Made by a program: the position numbers and the translations under genes. A stretch of DNA of 50,126 bases, filler included, from Catajapyx aquilonaris (Eukaryota): NCBI GenBank assembly GCA_000934665.2. It is 2 parts of 2 records of this genome, joined end to end, with 100 filler letters (N's around TTAATTAATTAA, not from the genome) between each part and the next. Parts side by side here need not be neighbours in the genome. Positions count along the whole stretch, not along the records: positions 1 to 24,936 come from JYFJ02005447.1; 1 more part is not named here. The stretch is one strand, 5' to 3'. The notes beneath the pieces were generated by a model. It was not told the DNA's origin. It did not search any database and saw only the letters and a list, made by a program, of their open reading frames with translations. The number at the start of each line of letters is the position of its first letter. The first letter of the stretch is position 1. Below, in pieces: positions 1 through 20,295 of this stretch.

Positions 1-1318
1 CAGGTGCAGAACTCAACCAACACATTCTAGTCACATGGGATGGATCATCTCCCAGTAAGAAGATTGACAGACTTGTTCCGCAGATGCACACATGGTCCAT
101 TTCGTCACAGCAGCTTATACACCGCCTATGAGTCAAGCAAGATTCGATTGCAGCCATTTATATATTTTTTGTGGATGTAAACTATAGGACTATATCAACA
201 TGACATTATAAGCCAGAGTGCAGTGCACCTTGAGAGAGACATAGCATATATATTTTTTTATATTGCCCAAGGTTCTACACTGTATCCATGCATGAGAAAA
301 GGTCCCCCTTATTCCCATGGTGCAGCTGGGCGACATGAGTCCCCCACCCAGTCCAGAGCCCAGAAAGGCTCCTGCGGTCACCCGGATTAGGACCTTCCGG
401 ATCCCTGCATCATCAGATACAAGCCCCCAGTAACCCCAACTCCATCCCAAAGAGAGCTGGAACCCCAACCGCCACTCAGGTCAAATCATTATATGGGTGT
501 ACTATAACAATCTTCTACTTGTGACACGTGACTAACATACTGTACAAGAATAATATCAATATTTGAACTTCATTTTAGTCAACATGGCATAGCATCCAAA
601 AGAGGTTATTTTGAACTTCAGGTCTGCTACCTTACTTCTGTATACACACAGAGGGTTTATTACATCTTGCAAGTGTTGAGCCTATAGGGGTTCAGACGAA
701 ATGCGTGTTGGAAAGAGGGGTGTGAAATAAAGCTACTTGGTATCACTCAAATATTTGATCATAGGGCGTGGAGGACTCATTTCCCATTCCTTCCTGAATA
801 GAGGTCTTGTGGATGGCCTTTTTGGAAGCCCTGAATGATTGGAGGGAGAGGCGGGGGTTGATTTGTAGGGAGAAAAGGCAAGAGGGTGGGGGAGGGAGGT
901 GATGATGACGCTTTTTGGGCAAAGTGTGGCTACGGCGATGACGATGAGGGTGTAGGAAAGTGCTGCTTGTGGTTGAGGGCTGTTGGGTGCCGTCGCCACA
1001 GAGGGGATTCCGCACTCTTTTGTTGACATTGCACTGATTAAATCTCAATAAAGGCGCGGGCCTTACATGAGTATTTCATTATGGGGACCCGGGGCAGAAG
1101 GGGAAGCCCCTTGGGATAGGGGGGGAAATATCTCATTTTCAAGGTTTCCCTGCTTTCAAAACTGCCTCTTCCAAGTGACACAACATTGTGACCTTATATA
1201 TATTACGGGCGTTTCTCATGCAAAAAGATCATCATGTGAGAATTCCCTGCCCGTGATGCTTGAAGAGCGTCGTAAGTTGTGGTATGCTTCATTCATTGCA
1301 AATTATTGCGCATTTCAT

Positions 1319-1603
1319 TTCTCATTTTTTTCATTTTTTCATTATTTATTTTACGATTTTTACTCATTGGGAGAATCTGCGCTACATTATAGGGGGGTAG
1401 AATACCACTAACTTTCACACATGGATGGGGCCAAGGAAGCAAGCGGCTTTAGCCTATTATACGGAAGCGACCCCGGAATTATCCTGGGGGGACCATGGAA
1501 AACCACAGAAAACCACGGTCAGGATCTCCGGCCCCGGGAATCGAACCCAGGGCCTCCCGATTAGGAGTCGGACTCTTTAACCACCATACCAACCTGTTTC
1601 GGT
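1319..1603 (-). mobile_element. tRNA-derived SINE (family X head/body, A-rich tail)
   Basis: Minus-strand head ACCGAAACAGGT-TGGTATGGTGG (A box)...GGTTCGATTCC (B box). 17-bp target-site duplication ATTATTGCGCATTTCAT at 1302-1318 and 1604-1620. Body closely similar to 19440-19614. Confidence 0.85.
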
Positions 1604-3902
1604 ATTATTGCGCATTTCATGCGAGCATATTAATTTCATAGGTTAAAATTGTCATGGGTGGGTTACACTGGGGCTTAGAGCCAAGGAATATGTGTAAGTT
1701 ATACAATGAGCTAGGATTAATGGTGTGCTAGACTGTAGTGATATTATTATTATCCGCTTTAAAAAATGTGGGCTAGCCCATTGTTGCAGTAAGCCCTTCA
1801 ATTGCAAACATTGCAGACTGGAATGGGCCCACTAGCATTCTTGACATGCAACAGGAAGTTGCGCAACATCGTTCTATTTTAGAACACTAAAATTTGAAGA
1901 GTTGACGGCAATCTTCATACTCCATCACCTGCGTCTTAATTATTATTATAACTCAATTTGGTCAGAACATAGTGTCAGTCTGTTCTATACCTAGCTGTTA
2001 AGCCTCTCTCTGGTAAAATTGCTTTTAGTCATGCCATTTGCAGCCAAATTTATGTTTAATATTTCACAAGCTTACAAAGACCATTACAGTATAATGTGGA
2101 TTCATAAACTTACTATATACCCTTTGCCTCATTTCACATGGCCTGCAGTATAATATTTCAGCTGGCTGCAAAAAAAAAAGCCTTTTTATTAGTTTTCCGT
2201 CCGCAACAATGCAAGTTACGCTATGTCCTGACTTTTGACACGACAAAGGCCTGCTCAAAGCACATGCAATAAAGTAGCCTACTGTACTGGTACACCTACA
2301 GCATTTGTACTTGTACCGCGCAATTATAATCACAGCAATGTTGTGAAAAACCACTGCGGATGATTTCCGACAGCTCCGTGCTGTGTTAATCCTCCTGAGA
2401 CTTGATGTCGTCATATGTCGACATCAGCAAAAAAATATTTGGCGGCAACTAGTGATGCCAACAGAACTGTAATCTGTTGGCATCCCATGATTACAATCTG
2501 GCCTCAATATGTGTAGCCACCTAGTGTCGAATATCTGACTTTGGCCGCGAAAATTAAATCACTCGTGAAAATGGCGGATGCCCCTGCTGAAGCGAGGTGC
2601 TCATCTGATAAGTTTTTTTCCGTCATATTTAGAGTGCGATTTTCGTCAATGCAGAATGTTGGCATTCGCAAGGAATGCGTATTAGGAAATACGAAAAGAT
2701 GTGTCTGTGACAATCTTTGTTGCTGTAGATAACTGGTAATTTTCTTTTCTTTGTGAGACCAAAATAATGTCCATTTAAATGGACATCCGTGAAAAGTTTT
2801 TTTAACAAACATTGTTTGGAGGATAGAGCTATATGTTACTGATCCATTAAGTGGCATTTAAATTTTCATCTTTCATCCGTTCTGCTTTTGTAGCACCAAT
2901 TGGGTCCTAATGTTCTCATTGGTTGTTTGTCATTATTTTTGTCAATATTTTAGAACTATAATTTTTTTCTCGTTTCTAATTGGGAAAATGTTCAGAAAAT
3001 GCAATAGGAATTGACATTGCACTACTCAATTCTTCTCGGGTCTCAGGAGGATATTAATAATTACCTTGCAGTCTAGAAGCGAGATTTGCAATTATTTTAC
3101 CCAATCTCGCGAAATACATGTGCGTATTATTGACATTACATGCCAGTAAAGATGTAATACTATGTACACAGCAGCCTCGGGACACATATTACATAGTTGG
3201 TATTATGCGTAACCGGTTGGGTAAATTTGTAATGTTGATTGAGAAATATGGCAGCCAAGTCATGACCAAATATCTACACATTATTTGGTCATAGGTTCAG
3301 AGTTCTGTCTCCCCTCGGATGTAGGTTTATTGAGATATTACAAGACAGAATAATTGCCCTTAGCTGACCGATGATATTGTCCGGCTGCGTTATTCGGAGA
3401 TAATAGAGTGACAATTCTCGTATCGCCAATTCGCCATACACGCAAATATAGGGGTATCCTGCCAGTTATGCCAGTCCCCAACCACCATTGCTATGCGGAT
3501 TGTCTCACCCGTAGAATATTGTCTATCGTTGTAATATTGTATCATGGATTGCATAAAAATTAACAAGTGATTATCTCCGTAATGGAATCGAAATCGTCAA
3601 AATCAACCACATAACATTTTTGTCTTTGAAATGTCACAAAGAATAACCTTCAGAGTGAAGTGTATGATGTGTGTAGGTTATAATTTTATGGAAAGATCTT
3701 GACTAACTACATATAGTAGCGGAAACTATAAACATTCGGAAAATGAGGCTGAATATATTGTGAGCATTATATATGCAGCATATATAGGTAAGGTATATTG
3801 AATGATCTTGGGTATAGTATTTCAGTCGACCAAGGAAAGGAAACTTTGGGGAATGAGACAGGAATCGTTGATCATACTCATTGGCACTCAGACACTTTCA
3901 AA

Positions 3903-4037
3903 AATAAGGTTTGGCCGAGCTTATCTTGGCGCTATACAATCATCAGCACATAAGTAAGGCGAAGTCCAAGAAAGAAACACCAGAATGCTGATTGCTGTAT
4001 TGCACCAGGATATGAATGGGTAAAGTTGTTTTTTATT
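3903..4037. repeat. Imperfect inverted repeat, probable old non-autonomous transposon remnant
   Basis: TATCTTGGCGCTATACAATCATCAGCA (~3921-3947) pairs imperfectly with TGCTGATTGCTGTATTGCACCAGGATA (~3986-4012). Confidence 0.4.
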
Positions 4038-4370
4038 GGTATGTATAGTACACGCATCTTTATTTTTCACTGAGATTAATTGTTCCAAATGGTGACAACA
4101 CCGTAGCCCAGCATACCCCTCAAGTGCCGTTACAACCCTTGGATAAGCATTTAGTGGGTATGTGGCCCATCCTTAGACTGGTTTTTCTATTGCCTGGTTT
4201 TGCAATGCACCTCGGGTTCATTGTTAGTGACTAATTGGGGCCTGTATAATTATATTGTTCCTAACCATATAGAAAAAACCCCAAGTATACTGAGTGGGAT
4301 GAAACCCTTCCTTATTCTTGGTAAATATCGATACAACTATTCATTGGATAAGTTATATAACCGTATGTGA

Positions 4371-4379
4371 GTGTGTGTG

Positions 4380-4466
<87 letters not shown>
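4371..4466. repeat. (GT)n(TA)n compound microsatellite
   Basis: About 9 GT units followed by about 38 TA units, read directly. Confidence 0.95.
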
Positions 4467-4468
<2 letters not shown>

Positions 4469-6559
4469 TATCACATGCATAGAGAGATAACTAGGAAGCG
4501 CCATTTACAAAATGTAGAGAAGTTAATAATGAGTAGCAAATGTACAGTATATACACGTAGATGCATTAGATAGTCTACTGCATGTATACAAATGAGAAAC
4601 TGTTCACTGGATCAGGAAAGTTCAATAACACATCAATAGCCCTATGCCATCAATGTGACCTTTAAAAAAGACAAAGAAACATCAAGTTGTCAACAGGAAT
4701 TATATACAGTTCAGGGTTCTGTATAAGGGTTCATTGAATCGTAAGTTATATATAATATTTTGAGATCATTATGGTACTTACGATCTTTAGTGGTACAGTT
4801 AAAAGACCTGCATACAATCTATACTAACAATCTGTGTACCTTCAACAGACTTTCGACGTCAAATAACTTAAATCCGCTATTCACTGCACAAATCAGAAGG
4901 CATAATGTGTATATGAGGTAAAAAGAGCATGAGAGTATGGTGAACCCTGTCTATCGCGGAAGAACTACATTACACAAAAATTTCCGAATTAGAGAGATTT
5001 CGATACACTGTATATGCGACAGAAGTACTGTACATTGAAAATCCTGCTCTGAGATCACAGAATAAGTTCCGTAATTGGCAATTTTCTCTGCATTCATCGT
5101 TCGTTGTGTATGCAGGTCCCATTGTTATCATTTTCACGATTATTGGCAAGTTCAGTTGAATTTTTGATTGTGAAAACTTGAAAGCTATAAGGCCTTCCAC
5201 TGACTTGAGGCCAAAGACGTTTGGGAGGCACTTGAAAGCTGCCTGTGAACTGTTTATCAAAATAATATGGCGTCGTTTGAGTATATCTTTCAATCGCGAG
5301 GCAATGGCTAATGATACCTAAATGAACAAGCCCTTATTGTTCAAATTCAACAACACAAATATAAACATAAGAAGAACTGAAATGCAGCATTTTGGTCGAA
5401 AAGTATGCTGTAATGTAGCCTACAAAATGTATACTCTCTATACTCTATATATAGTGGTCTGCTGTAGAACTTTTATAAATAAGTGATCTCAGCAGGTGTA
5501 ATGCAATCTTTAACTTCAAATCCTCATATCTTGAAATAAGTCAAATGTAACTCTGAGTTATCTGCATTTCAGGTCTTCAAATATACATACAACATACACA
5601 ATACTTTTACCATATTGGTATTGCTGTTTTTGATTGTCAGGAAGTCCGAAAGTCATCACTCAGTTTAAGAAAAATAGCTCGCTCTTATTGTTTTTTATTG
5701 CATGAGAGTGCTGAGGGTTGCCTTCAATTTACTCCGTATTCTGCATGTAGATGCATTTACTATGGAAATTGTTGCGCAACTTTTGGGACACAAATGTATT
5801 GTAACATTAATTCTACAGCAATAATTCCCTTCGTCCCATATGGTAATATTAACTACTGCCACATAATAAAATAAGCCTAAATCTCACTTCCTCTCGGTCA
5901 TATGAAAGTAATATACATTCGTAATTCCCGCCTTTTTTTCAGACTGACGCCTTTTGGAACCCCTGGCAATCAAGATCAGATTTATCAATTCGGCAAAAAT
6001 TATAGCTGGTAACGTTATATTTATCACTATACTATCGCAACATAATGTAACATCTTTCTCCCCATTCGTCGTATACCACTAAGCTACAGCTTCACACCCT
6101 ACATTTTTCCCATGAGCATAACCGGGAGCCTCTAGTAAATAAATAATTGCGAGTAACGCACCATCTGCCCTCATATTAAGCTTATGCCACAATAGCGCAT
6201 GGATCATAAAAAACCTTCCAGGCAAAACACCGCACTGAACAAACCCTCATAAAACAGTTTTCACACAACAATAGCATTTCTACACGCAAAAAGCCATTTT
6301 CTTACACATATTCAAACTAGACAATACCGCTGTGTATCACCCCCCCAAAAAAAATCCTGATTGCATTACACTGGATGTGTCCCCAGTGTGCATGCGTCCA
6401 CTCCATCTATCCATGAAGCCATCCATCCATCCATCCAACTAACCAACCACCCGATGGATCCATGCTGATGATGACGAGAAGCGAGGCTGTGCATGAAACA
6501 AGCCGGCTGTAACGCAATACGGGCGGAAAAGCGTTTGTGCGGGGCGACATTTCCGGGCC

Positions 6560-6920
6560 AGCGACTGGCTCCCTGGACTGGATAAACCCACATCAATCAC
6601 TGGGGCGGCGCATAATGGCTTTCTAATTTCATTGAGCGACCATGGGGACGAGTTCGATACAGTCAATCGCGTGTGATGCCGCTGCTGCTTTTCCCTTCTC
6701 CCATCGCGGTGCTACAATGGCGGCGGTGCTCCATGGTGTAGGGGGGGTAGGAGGACGAGGTGGAGGAGGTGGAGGAAGGGGGAACCTACCGGAAATCCAA
6801 ATTAATTTTGGTAATCCATAGTCCCTCCCCCATCCCGCTGGGGTAATGAATTCATCGATAACTGCTGTCGACAGCATCGCTGCTTTGTGTCACGTGACCT
6901 GCCCAGTGAGGGTTTATCAT
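6560..6920. promoter_or_regulatory. Candidate upstream cis-regulatory module or 5' region of Otx
   Basis: GC-richer island in AT-rich DNA with ATCAATCA (TGATTGAT, Exd/Hox-type) 6592-6599, several TAAT/AATTAATT motifs, K50 site TAATCC 6812-6817 and palindromic E-box GTCACGTGAC 6889-6898. Motif evidence only. Confidence 0.35.
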
Positions 6921-7143
6921 GGGAGAGGACTTTCTCGGAGAGATATGCCAAAAATTGGAACATAATGGTTTGAGGGTGTCTATATAGACTGGATACACCC
7001 GTGTCAGGCACATACAGAACCTATTTGTAGAATTTGAGTCCCAATTTTGTTAGAAATTGAGTGGGACAATGTGTAGGCTATCTTAGCCAGAGCGGCGGTA
7101 CTTCAGTATCAATAACAGAGAGTGTTTTAAAATAAATTGTCAC

Positions 7144-7146
<3 letters not shown>

Positions 7147-7226
<80 letters not shown>

Positions 7227-7389
7227 GATACCCGCTTTTCACCCGACATGCCGGGGCAGAATTGCACTCCCTACTCTGCCCAGGGCCAGGAGAAGAGGTC
7301 TGGTGTATTTCAGAAAGTCAGAAATGACTATAATTACAGCGCCCTCCCTTGGGAACTTCCCCATAAGAGGGCCTGGGGTCCTATCACGG

Positions 7390-7471
<82 letters not shown>

Positions 7472-7703
7472 GAAGACTCCTTGGGCTTTTCCGGGGATCA
7501 TCCTTTAATTGACCGACTTTAATCATTGCCTTTGCTGTGATGGATTTTGACAGTGGGAGGAAACGGGAGAACCCCGAGAAACCCACGCTAATACGGAGAG
7601 AACCCATCGAAACTCTATCCACATAAGCATCCACCGGGGATCGAACTCGGGACCTTAGAGTTGGAAGGCTTTGGCGCTAACCATTACACCACCGTGCCGT
7701 CCT
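7147..7703 (-). mobile_element. tRNA-derived SINE with V-domain-like core, (ATT)n tail and a second tailed segment
   Basis: Head GGACGGCACGG-TGGTGTAATGG (A box)...GAGTTCGATCCC (B box). Core GCGTGGGTTTCTCGGGGTTCTCCCGTTTCCTCCCAC. (AAT)n at ~7393-7470 and ~7147-7224. 16-bp TSD AATAAATTGTCACATA at 7131-7146 and 7704-7719. Confidence 0.85.
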
Positions 7704-7987
7704 AATAAATTGTCACATAAGAAGTATAGGCCTAATAGCCTACAATTTTCAACCTTTATGTATTTCGAAATCATCCCATTGCGGTAACTCTAATCGTTCT
7801 GTATGTCACTGTCGTAAACTTCAGCTGAATCACCTAAATTCAAGTTGTATCAAATATAATATTTCACGTATTGTTGACATTTTCAAACCCGCACAGTACA
7901 AACTGTATAACTCAAATCACATATTTCTGAATGCAAGCTATTTTTCCAGTGATTGTTAAACGGCTTGAGCGAATATGTTTTCAATTA

Positions 7988-8762
7988 CCGTGTGACATGC
8001 GGAGTGACTTTGTGACAAATCAGTTTTTCGAATCTCGCCCACTATTATTTTAGATTTTTTGACTGAAACCAGCGCCAGTAGATGGCTGCGAATGTGGTGC
8101 CACCTAGCAGACAACTGGAAGAAAAGCACCCATGCCTCACACATTGTTGGCAGTCACATTCTAAGTAGGTACTACTACTATATGCAAACTGTGAGGATTG
8201 TTGGCACTTCTTCCGATTATTTTCCCCAATAACGACTCGCAGCATAGCTGGAATGAGAGTATAACATGTAACATATTTTGAAGACAAATTCATTGACTAA
8301 GAAATGATATATATGATGCAAGATTGAACGTGTTTTGTAGGAGATATGAGGGTATTTTATGAATTTAGTACTTTTGCGGGGTGACTGTGTGACAGCATAA
8401 ACTTGTCACAAAGTCAGTCCACAAATAGTAGGCCCTACTTACTGTTTTGACCTATGTCCCGGTCCTTTAGGGCACCGTACCTCTCGAAATTATACACATC
8501 AAAATGAAAATCCAAACTAGGAAATCAGCCGCCGAGGACTTTACGAAGTTATAAGGACTTAAACGAAAAGTATACCAAAAAATCAAAATGTTTTCATAAT
8601 ACTACATTATATATGATCAATTTTATAAAATAATATATCATTGTAAAGACGAAAATTTGTCTAAAATTAAAAGTTTGTGGGGTAAATTTGTTATAGTTTC
8701 TGTTTCTCATGTTCAAAGCCGGTCAAGGAAATGACCACTGTCACAAAGTCACCCACTTACGG
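7988..8762. mobile_element. Non-autonomous DNA transposon (pogo/Tc1-mariner-like MITE)
   Basis: TA-flanked ends CCGT...GTGACTTTGTGACA (left) and TGTCACAAAGTCACCCACTTACGG (right). Internal head-to-head copies of the same motif at ~8381-8417. Confidence 0.55.
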
Positions 8763-9473
8763 TATTATTGTGCATCAAAAGTAGTGGCGAATAATTTAAA
8801 AACAGTCAGTTATCACGCTATGAAAACGTGTTGGAGTATGATGCAAAGTAACAGGTCAATGTTCAACACTATACTAATCCTCTATATGAATATAAAATGA
8901 CGTTCTGTCATCACAGTATTTGATTGACACACATCATTCTATACACATTCACTGACAATTGAACAAGACAAAATCTGATAGAGCCTCAACTGCCCAACAC
9001 CACAACACTCCCTGAGAATATCCAAGCCCCCAATTGACACTATTACAAACCTGATAAGTTCAACAAAAAAAAATAAATCAAAACTTGACCATCACGCAAA
9101 GCATGAGTCACTTCAATCTCCCCCCCCCCCCCCAAAACAACGCGTGAGATTAGCTTAAAACCCTACACAACACCCTAAAATGGCGTCTGTTCTCCACCAC
9201 ATGCAGCCCCAAGAAGCTGATTAAAGCTTAGTGTCAGAGATGTGCTCCCTACCTCAACCGCCCCATTTTTAGACATCTCTTTCCCATGGGCTTACCGCCG
9301 GATTAACCGCCTTTTGCCACCAAAAGAAGAGACTTTGATACAAATTTTTTTGAATCATTTCCTTCGAATTGTTCCGGCATATTACATGTACATGTCTTTT
9401 CAGGCTGAAGTGGAATTGTTCCGAGCTGGCGTTCCCTCCGTTCGGAGGCGGGTGCGGCGGCCCCGGGCCTGGG

Positions 9474-16687
<7,214 letters not shown>

Positions 16688-17443
16688 GCTGACCATCATC
16701 AGCATCAACAGAACGAGTAGCCTGCTTCTGGATGCCCTTCCAAACGCTCTATACCGCATTATTATAGGTGTCCAAAATTTGTTTCAATCGTTATTCTTGT
16801 TTCTGTCCCGACAAGAGACTTAACCCCAAGTGATGATGCTATACTAGTCCTGAACAAACTGCCGACCAACATGAACCTCAATCCTCCGGTTAAGATTCGA
16901 CATATCGAACTTTACAGAGGAACAGTAATCGTGAGGATCGCAACCCCCCCAGATGATGGAATTGATGTCATTTGTAACATTGTACCCATAATCAGATCCA
17001 CATTCCCTTCCTTATTCTGTACAGTTTGTATATAGGACAAGTAAGGACAAATGGGCACTTCTTTCCTTTAGTCCTGGAAGAAGCCGGGGGTGCGTGACGG
17101 AGACGAAGTACTCGCTGTATCTCGGCTTCTATTTATCGGGTAGCGCTCAATCTTGGCATAACGTCCTTAGGTTAGGTCAGGTTAGATGTTTTTTTTTTCT
17201 GTAACAGGACGAGCCCGGATTTTCCGCGGTTGAATAGCGCGACCAGTTCCGTGTGATTAAAGGAAAGAAGTCCCAGAAAGCGTACCAACAATAAGAAGAC
17301 ATTTATCCGCCTCGCTGTAATCTCAAGTCAACCCAAACCTCAATATCGTACCTCGTTTTTTGTCCACCCGGTGTCAACCTCCCACCCAAATGTGCTATAA
17401 ATGATGTATTGTAATAATGTGAAGACAATGCAAAAAAAAAATT

Positions 17444-17449
17444 AATAAA
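17444..17449 (+). terminator. Candidate Otx polyadenylation signal
   Basis: AATAAA about 760 nt after the stop codon; a second AATAAA at 17529-17534. Confidence 0.45.
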
Positions 17450-18074
17450 GACTTAGTATGACATGAACTCGCTATTCCCTCATCAATTACTACTTTATAT
17501 AGGCAAACCAGAACGGACAATATTCTTCAATAAACATTTAATATAGGATGCTATTCTATGTATACTGCGCGTGTATCACCACTCCCCCGTCCCTCCCCAC
17601 ACATACACATGATGGGGATTTTCATTGTTTGGCGCGGTGCACAGAGCGTGATGCATGGCGTCATATATCAGGGGATGTAGAGTATGGAGATGAGGATTAG
17701 TTCGCTATGTGAGGGTTTGGGTGAGGGATGGGGTGATAGTATTTTTTCCCTCCCTCTCTCCCCCTTCTTTTTTTCCTGTGGCGATGGAGTTGCAAATTCA
17801 CACCTTATTTCCGTCTATTGCCCCTTTTTAGAAAATTGGAAAAGACCTTGGCCAACTGCTCATGAGAATCGCGTCTTCCGCCACCATGATCCTATTGTCC
17901 CTTTTAGAAGAACCCCCTTAAAAAAAGAACAACATCTCATCACTTATCATCCCTCGGCTAATTAATTACCAGCTCCTTTTGTTCCTCCAGCATGCGGCCC
18001 TTGTTCTCTATTGGCCGGTCCTCATACAGTTGGCCAAAGGCAGGCGGCTCTTTTCTGCACAATATACCATGTTC

Positions 18075-18078
<4 letters not shown>

Positions 18079-18110
<32 letters not shown>
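18079..18110. repeat. (TC)n microsatellite
   Basis: About 16 TC units. Confidence 0.9.
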
Positions 18111-18115
<5 letters not shown>

Positions 18116-18685
18116 CTCTGGGGCGGTTTCCTAGCAACCAAAAAGTGGCGCCCGTCGTCATGACGACCCTTCTGGGGTCGCCATAATACTGCCGGGCCCG
18201 ATTATTTTCAGGCAGTCTTCAACAAACGGAGAAGCCACTTCAAAAAAGGCGCAGGATCTGGGATATCTCCACAGAATTAACTGTAATGAGCAGTAAGCCT
18301 TGCATCATGTGATCTTCAAAATCGAGGATCATGTCCTTCATGCACTTACACGTACAGTGCGCATGTGTGGCGTATGGTCAGGGAGGTCATATTGACCTGA
18401 AGATGATTTAGAAGCATCAAACTAGTAGGCTACATGTAGGCTACTTTACACTTTTACATTACAGAATCGACCTCGAAAGTCTTATTGGAAACTTGTTTTA
18501 ACATGTACGTATGAAGACAAATTTTATATTAGCCTAATTATATCCTCACCTAGATTAACTCACAGGACGGGTGAAAAGCTTTGTCAGAGGGGGGCCGAAA
18601 CTAGTGATCCCCCCCCCCCCNCCATTTTTTTATCGCTATACGAAAAATTAGACAATTTTATATGCAGTACTTAGTCCTACCTCTA

Positions 18686-18938
18686 CATTGTAATTCATGT
18701 ACCGATTCCGGAGGTGGTATTTTGTGATCAACAAATACCGTCTACAGTACTGACTTGTAGACAGCCCATCAGTCAGATGTCCTGACCTGAAAATGATACT
18801 TGTACATCACGATGTACCGATTCATGTACCGACTTGGACGTCAAATACCGTCGACAAGTCAGTACTCGTAGACAGTACTTGTTGATCACAAAATACCACC
18901 TCCAAGTCTGTACATGAATCGGTACATGATTTACAGTG
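18686..18938. mobile_element. MITE with long TIRs, TA-flanked, CA(C/T)TGTAA termini
   Basis: Left CATTGTAATTCATGTACCGATTC..GGAGGTGGTATTTTGTGATCAACAA mirrors right TTGTTGATCACAAAATACCACCTCC..GAATCGGTACATGATTTACAGTG. Internal repeats of ATGTACCGA. Confidence 0.8.
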
Positions 18939-19230
18939 TACACGAGTTATTTATGATAAGTTGAAACACTGGACAAGATTACCAATTATAAGTGTTTCCG
19001 AAGTTATGGTATTCCTGCACCATGAAAGATGGAGATATCTATGTATCAACTCATTAGTAACATCAAAAAGTAGGCTCCCACAATAATATAACCTTTCCTT
19101 AGAAAAGGGGAAGTCAATGATGATGTATGCTGCAGTGTATTTATTTCAACTGGAGTCGGTCCTCCACATCTGCGGGGGCAGCTACCCACACACATGGTTA
19201 GTAACTTCCGGTATACGCGGAGGGCCACTG

Positions 19231-19233
19231 ATA

Positions 19234-19321
<88 letters not shown>

Positions 19322-19616
19322 GATACCCCATTATCAGCCCTTTGGGCTTTATTAGGGGGGGGGATTGCTCCCATTTTTTTTTGTCGGGAACTCTTTCCAT
19401 TTTTACTATATTTTTTCATCGGAATTGAGGCAAGGATAGGTAAGGAAGGAAGTGGCTGTTGCCTATAATTACGGCAACGACCCCGGAATTATTCTGCGAT
19501 GACCATGGGAAACCACAGAAAACCATGATCAGGGTCGCCGGCCTCCGGGATTCGAACCCAGGACCTCCCGATTAGCAGTCGGACACCATACCACTACACC
19601 ACTACTGCTTCGGTTA
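19231..19616 (-). mobile_element. tRNA-derived SINE (family X) with (ATT)n tail
   Basis: Head ACCGAAGCAGTAG-TGGTGTAGTGG...GGTTCGAATCC. (AAT)n 19233-19320. 16-bp TSD ACGCGG(A/C)GGGCCACTG at 19215-19230 and 19617-19632. Confidence 0.87.
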
Positions 19617-19949
19617 ACGCGGCGGGCCACTGTACTGTATACCACCCCCGTGCGTGGGGCAGTTGTTTGTTTTAGTTGCATTAAAATATTTTCGCTCCAA
19701 CATTGCGATACAAGATGATGCCGATGCCTTACTTGTCAGCTCCTTGTACTCGTTTGAATCTCCACTTGTCCGCAACAGTTTCACTTCGGTACATATACTT
19801 TTAGAGGTTCTCGAAAATTATTAGCTGCTAATATTAGCTTGAATGGGTGCTACATGCTGCAATAACTGAAGGTCACAGTCAACTCACAGTCAGGCTGTTA
19901 CCAACAAAATGCCTCTTCGCACAGTACGATTACGTCCACAATGTATATA

Positions 19950-20295
19950 CAGGGTGTCTAATCTTTTTTGTCCGAACAGTTATCGGAAAATTGCGCGTAG
20001 CTGCTACTTTTTAAGCAGTGACTTGTAACCGGTGATTTGTCGGAGGAATGGGGAATGGGGAAAAAGAGGGTCACACATCCGATGGCATGTGTGGCCCTCT
20101 TTTTTCCAGGCTTGACGCTCAATTTTCAGCGGGCAGCAAGTATGCCACACTTCAACCTACGATTCGCAGGGAATATTCCCAGTTCCTCCGAAAAATCACC
20201 GTTTGCAAGTCACTGCTTAAAAAGTAGCAGCTACGCGCAATTTTCCGATTGTAACTGTTCGGACAAAAAAGATGCGACACCGGTGCGACACCCTG
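19950..20295. mobile_element. Tc1/mariner-type MITE
   Basis: TA|CAGGGTGTC...GACACCCTG|TA termini. About 100-bp near-perfect TIRs (ATCGGAAAATTGCGCGTAGCTGCTACTTTTTAAGCAGTGACTTG and its reverse complement). Confidence 0.88.

Noticed and set aside
1..1048. Short ORFs at the window start, including a faint resemblance to a piggyBac Cys-rich tail (HLPVRR..RRCTH) and ORF 743-1048
   Set aside because: Key cysteines are missing, there is no splice-consistent model and no recognisable family.
1520..1603. tRNA genes at the A/B-box sequences (also ~7630-7702, 14907-14982, 19540-19614, 42175-42251)
   Set aside because: No clean cloverleaf. Four of the five continue into a body and tail bounded by TSDs, so they are SINE heads.
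2450..2487. GATGCCAACAG/CTGTTGGCATC hairpin as a terminator or RNA gene
   Set aside because: An 11-bp stem resembling collapsed hAT-type ends, with no other support.
4970..5293. 107-aa minus-strand ORF
   Set aside because: Non-ATG start and no recognisable motif; probably decayed repeat sequence.
7137..7634. Poly-I, poly-N, poly-L and poly-IY ORFs (also 4367, 19117-19428, 28279, 33551)
   Set aside because: These are translations of microsatellites.
17139..17244. TTAGG-like repeats as telomeric sequence (also ACCTAACC near 15256)
   Set aside because: Only 3-4 imperfect units inside short weak inverted repeats; more likely small MITE remnants.
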